From Halomicronema hongdechloris C2206 (lineage in GTDB: Bacteria > Cyanobacteriota > Cyanobacteriia > Phormidesmidales > Phormidesmidaceae): DNA of 32,000 bases. The stretch is from positions 840,001 through 872,000 of the forward strand of contig NZ_CP021983.2 in NCBI RefSeq assembly GCF_002075285.3, given 5' to 3'. Positions 29,590-32,000 of this stretch are shown here, piece after piece. A model generated the notes under the pieces. The model ran no database searches. It had not been told where the DNA came from and worked only from the letters and a program-made list of their open reading frames with translations. The position numbers were made by a program, and so were the translations under genes. Position 1 is the stretch's first letter. Every line of letters starts with the position of its first letter.

Positions 29590-29817
29590 GGATAGAATAC
29601 CTGTAATTGAGCTTATATAGCGGTTTTCACTCGAGTGAGGTACAACATATCTCCCGTAATGCTTGTGTAGCAAGGCTCCTGCGTACTTCATCCGTCCGGG
29701 AACCGCTATATCAGTATTTTAAGGAATTGGGAGTGTTCAGCAAACTGGGTTCGACCAGCCTGGAACCCTTGATTTTCCGTGCCCAGAGCCGAGGGTTACA
29801 CAAAAATCAGAACCGAC

Positions 29818-30045
29818 ATTCCGCAGGTTGACAGTCTTTTTTGGATGTGCATAGAAAAGGTCAATGCTTGAAGCCCTTGCCTAGCAATCGTCTCAGACTA
29901 GAGCCGAATTTGCTGTCATGCTCCCGCCTTAACACTTCGCAACCTTGAGAGAGCTCAATTATTGAGACTCATCTAACGAGGTTTCAATGGCTCCGGCAGT
30001 CTGAAATCAGATGCACAACTGAAAACTAAAAGCAACCTGCGGAAT
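29818..30045. repeat. Perfect 13-bp inverted repeat ATTCCGCAGGTTG (29818-29830) / CAACCTGCGGAAT (30033-30045), separated by 202 bp, in an ORF-poor region
   Basis: Read directly. TCAGAAC occurs just outside both arms. Confidence 0.8.
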
Positions 30046-30235
30046 ATAGGTCAGAACACTCTCAGGAATTAGTGCAAAAGCTCTATGCGTAGCTAGCTAA
30101 CGATTGAGATGAGCCGCCGCAGATAACCCAAAGCACCCGACACATAACCTTTCGGCGGTCGGCTCCATCGATTTGTTAGCCCTCGCAACTACCCTCTAAC
30201 GATCGCTCACTCCCTGATTCTTGATTTTTCCTTTC

Positions 30236-30787
30236 TTACCTGCCCTTCGCCAGGTCCGCGTAGATCACAATCTCAATCCCCAGAAATATCAGAAACACCA
30301 GTTCTGCCCAGCACAACACTTGAATTCCCCAATGAACTTGGGACACTAGCAGCCAAAAGGCAACGATCGCAGCGATACCCGAAACAACAAACGTCAACTC
30401 ATCCACAACCAGTTGTTGCAGTTTGCGGCGATGGCGACGGTTATCGCTGCGGTGAGCAATTTCCCAGCCAAAAATTGAATCAATCTCACCCTGTCCCGCT
30501 TCTTCTTTAACCTTTTCAACCAGCGTGTAGCGAATGTAGCGACCTAGTGCCGTAATTTTTTCATCGTTAACCAGATATGTCCATCCTAAAATAAGACAAA
30601 TCCAGGGAATAATCAAAAAGGCATAGTAATTGTTGTTTGCCAGAGAAAAGGAAAGAATACCGCCGAATAGACCAAGGGTGACATACAGCAAGTTATCTCG
30701 AAAACCGATGCGGGCTTTTTGCTCGTCTTTGAGCCGCTGATATTCTTGCAAATAAACTTCTAGCAGTGGAGATTTATTGTCAGCCAT
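30236..30787 (-). CDS. Uncharacterised 4-TM membrane protein (the ATG at 30785-30787 is preferred over 30856)
   Basis: MADNKSPLLEVYLQEYQRLKDEQKARIGFRDN (amphipathic helix), then a TM pair, a charged about 60-aa loop (RSDNRRHRRK) and a second TM pair. It starts 10 nt after the DUF5615 stop. No family recognised. Confidence 0.6.
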   Translation of the reverse strand: MADNKSPLLEVYLQEYQRLKDEQKARIGFRDNLLYVTLGLFGGILSFSLANNNYYAFLIIPWICLILGWTYLVNDEKITALGRYIRYTLVEKVKEEAGQGEIDSIFGWEIAHRSDNRRHRRKLQQLVVDELTFVVSGIAAIVAFWLLVSQVHWGIQVLCWAELVFLIFLGIEIVIYADLAKGR

Positions 30788-30797
30788 TGCGTTTACC

Positions 30798-31146
30798 TTA
30801 CAACGGAAGATATTGAATCTGGTTGAAATAATCTTCTGGTTCGGCGACTTTTGCAATCAGGTCCAAGTCTCGAACACAATCACCTACCGATACTGCTGTT
30901 TGGCGAGCATAGATCACTCCGGCAAAGTCAATTCCTTCTGCTTGACGACGTGATGCTTCAATGGGGAAATCCTCATCTTGCGAAAATAGGACTCGCCCTA
31001 ACTCCAGTGCCCGATCAAGTAAAGCCGGATCAGGATAACCCCTGCGATCATCTTCTTGAACCGTAAGGATATCAACTCCTCGACGACGTAATCCTTCCGT
31101 GATTGCCAGCGGCACATGCTCATCCATATAGAGCGCGATCGTCACA
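30798..31146 (-). CDS. DUF5615-family PIN-like (Mut7-C-like) putative toxin
   Basis: From the GTG at 31144-31146: VTIALYMDEHVPLAITEGLRRRGVDILTVQEDDRRGYPDPALLDRALELGRVLFSQDEDF matches the DUF5615 pattern (DEnv......L...G.dv......g..g..D..il..A...grvl.T.D.DF). A GTGA overlap joins it to the DUF433 stop. Confidence 0.75.
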
Positions 31147-31456
31147 GCAATCCTTGCTCCCGTAGTTTCCGAGCGACTGCTGATTCTCCTACCTGTTGAC
31201 GGGCATGGGCTGCCCACTGGTCGATCTGCTCAATTTCAGCATCCATATCTGCTTTGTGATCCCAGTAATACGCCAGGGCAGAATGAATCTGGCTCATAGA
31301 AAGATGGGGATAGTTGGCGTGAAGTTCGTCGGGATTCCAGCCATAGGCTTTGACAGAGGTAATCAACTCGATCACCTTCATCGTAGTATCGGCGATAACC
31401 GGAATTCCATTTTCATTAATTTGAATATATTTGTAGTCTGTAGTAGTGAGAGTCAT
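31142..31456 (-). CDS. DUF433-domain protein (putative antitoxin / HTH partner of DUF5615)
   Basis: GIPVIADTTMKVIELITSVKAYGWNPDELHANYPHLSMSQIHSALAYYWDHKADMDAEI is the typical DUF433 core. Confidence 0.8.
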   Translation of the reverse strand: MTLTTTDYKYIQINENGIPVIADTTMKVIELITSVKAYGWNPDELHANYPHLSMSQIHSALAYYWDHKADMDAEIEQIDQWAAHARQQVGESAVARKLREQGLL

Positions 31457-31501
31457 GATAACTAGCGGGAGTAGAGGTGGACTAATCAGAATTCTTGAAT
31501 C

Positions 31502-31876
31502 TCAGGAGTTACCTGCTTCCTCCTCCGATACATCAAACATCAATAGATGCTTGATGAACCCTGCTGCCGCTGCTGCTGCGTAAAGTTGCCAGGGCTTGTC
31601 TTTAGTGCCGTCTTTAGTATCGTCCGCATAGTCACACAAGGCACGGACAATAAGACATCGTATCCGTTGATCCCATGCCGCTTTGCTGACACCATATCCT
31701 TCCATTTCAATTGCCCGAATTCTTCGGCTATAGGCAGCAATCCTATCTCGCACGTCGGGATCGGCAATGACGTTGTCTCCGGAAGCAATAACACCAATCT
31801 CGACTCCAGGGTAAGTTCCAGTATCATTAGGTCGCTCAGCAAGAATGGGAAACTTTCTTTTAGGGTAACTGGTCAC
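31502..31876 (-). pseudogene. C-terminal half of a PNP_UDP_1 (nucleoside phosphorylase / nucleosidase-like) domain, lacking the N-terminal half
   Basis: GVIASGDNVIADPDVRDRIAAYSRRIRAIEMEGYGVSKAAWDQRIRCLIVRALCDYADDTKD..KPWQLYAAAAAAGFIKHLL follows the C-terminal consensus of the phosphorylase-superfamily domains fused to NLR-like proteins (IASG...EMEg.G....R.lviRgicDyaD..K...WQ.YAA..AA). The ORF is bounded upstream by an in-frame TAA at 31878-31880. Confidence 0.6.
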
Positions 31877-31885
31877 CGCAATAGT

Positions 31886-31908
31886 AGAGGCTTAATGAGA
31901 AAGCCTCT
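31886..31908. other. Perfect 8-bp stem / 7-nt loop hairpin (AGAGGCTT-aatgaga-AAGCCTCT) immediately upstream of the nucleosidase fragment
   Basis: Read directly. It lies 10 nt upstream of the fragment's GTG start, just outside the in-frame stop (31878-31880) that bounds that ORF. Confidence 0.7.
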
Positions 31909-32000
31909 GACGACCCAGACTTATCCTGGTAACAGAACAGGAGGCGAGCACCCTGATGAGGCGAGGAGCTCAAAGAGCTGGTCTACCGCGTTTTCACCCT

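Noticed and set aside
29607-29831. 74-aa plus-strand ORF in the vapB upstream / ORF-poor region
   Set aside because: It has no RBS or family resemblance, overlaps the vapB promoter region, and its composition is unremarkable. It is likely non-coding.

Overview
Cyanobacterial chromosomal window. This call rests on 15 copies of the HIP1 octamer GCGATCGC and a BicA/Mrp carbon-concentrating gene set. All family calls come from reading the translated ORFs against remembered family consensus; no searches were run.

Layout:
- 1-6.4 kb: a minus-strand operon of bicA, a small membrane ORF, an NhaS3-like CPA2 antiporter and mrpC-D-E-F-G-(A).
- 7.06-9.1 kb: an IS5-family element abutting a GT10 fucosyltransferase-like gene.
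- 9.55-16.86 kb: a co-directional three-gene module. It comprises a TpsA-type beta-helical exoprotein, a ShlB/FhaC-type TpsB transporter that reads correctly only with two compensating frameshifts, and an exported TPR-CHAT caspase-like protease.
- 17.06-18.17 kb: a merA-less metal-handling cluster of a CxxC thioredoxin-like ORF, a MerR C-terminal-like mini-ORF, merF and a zf-CopZ-like Cys-rich protein, with strong palindromes upstream.
- 18.6-20.5 kb: an orphan family-5 ABC substrate-binding protein plus an ABC ATPase remnant.
- 20.9-26.5 kb: an NTF2-like gene, an ECF41 (SigJ-like) sigma factor with cupin and epimerase neighbours, a truncated DUF606 gene, a frameshifted SDR and an MDR oxidoreductase.
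- 26.9-28.2 kb: an IS4-family element.
- 28.3-32 kb: an AT-richer, HIP1-free island. It holds mazEF, frameshifted vapBC, a DUF433/DUF5615 pair tightly followed by a 4-TM protein, and a nucleosidase-domain fragment.

The best candidate for an uncharacterised system is the TpsA/TpsB/exported TPR-CHAT module. Secondary candidates are the merA-less metal cluster and the nucleosidase-fragment/DUF433/DUF5615/4-TM array.

Four apparent frameshifts all sit at simple-sequence tracts. Sequence error and genuine gene decay cannot be told apart from the sequence alone.
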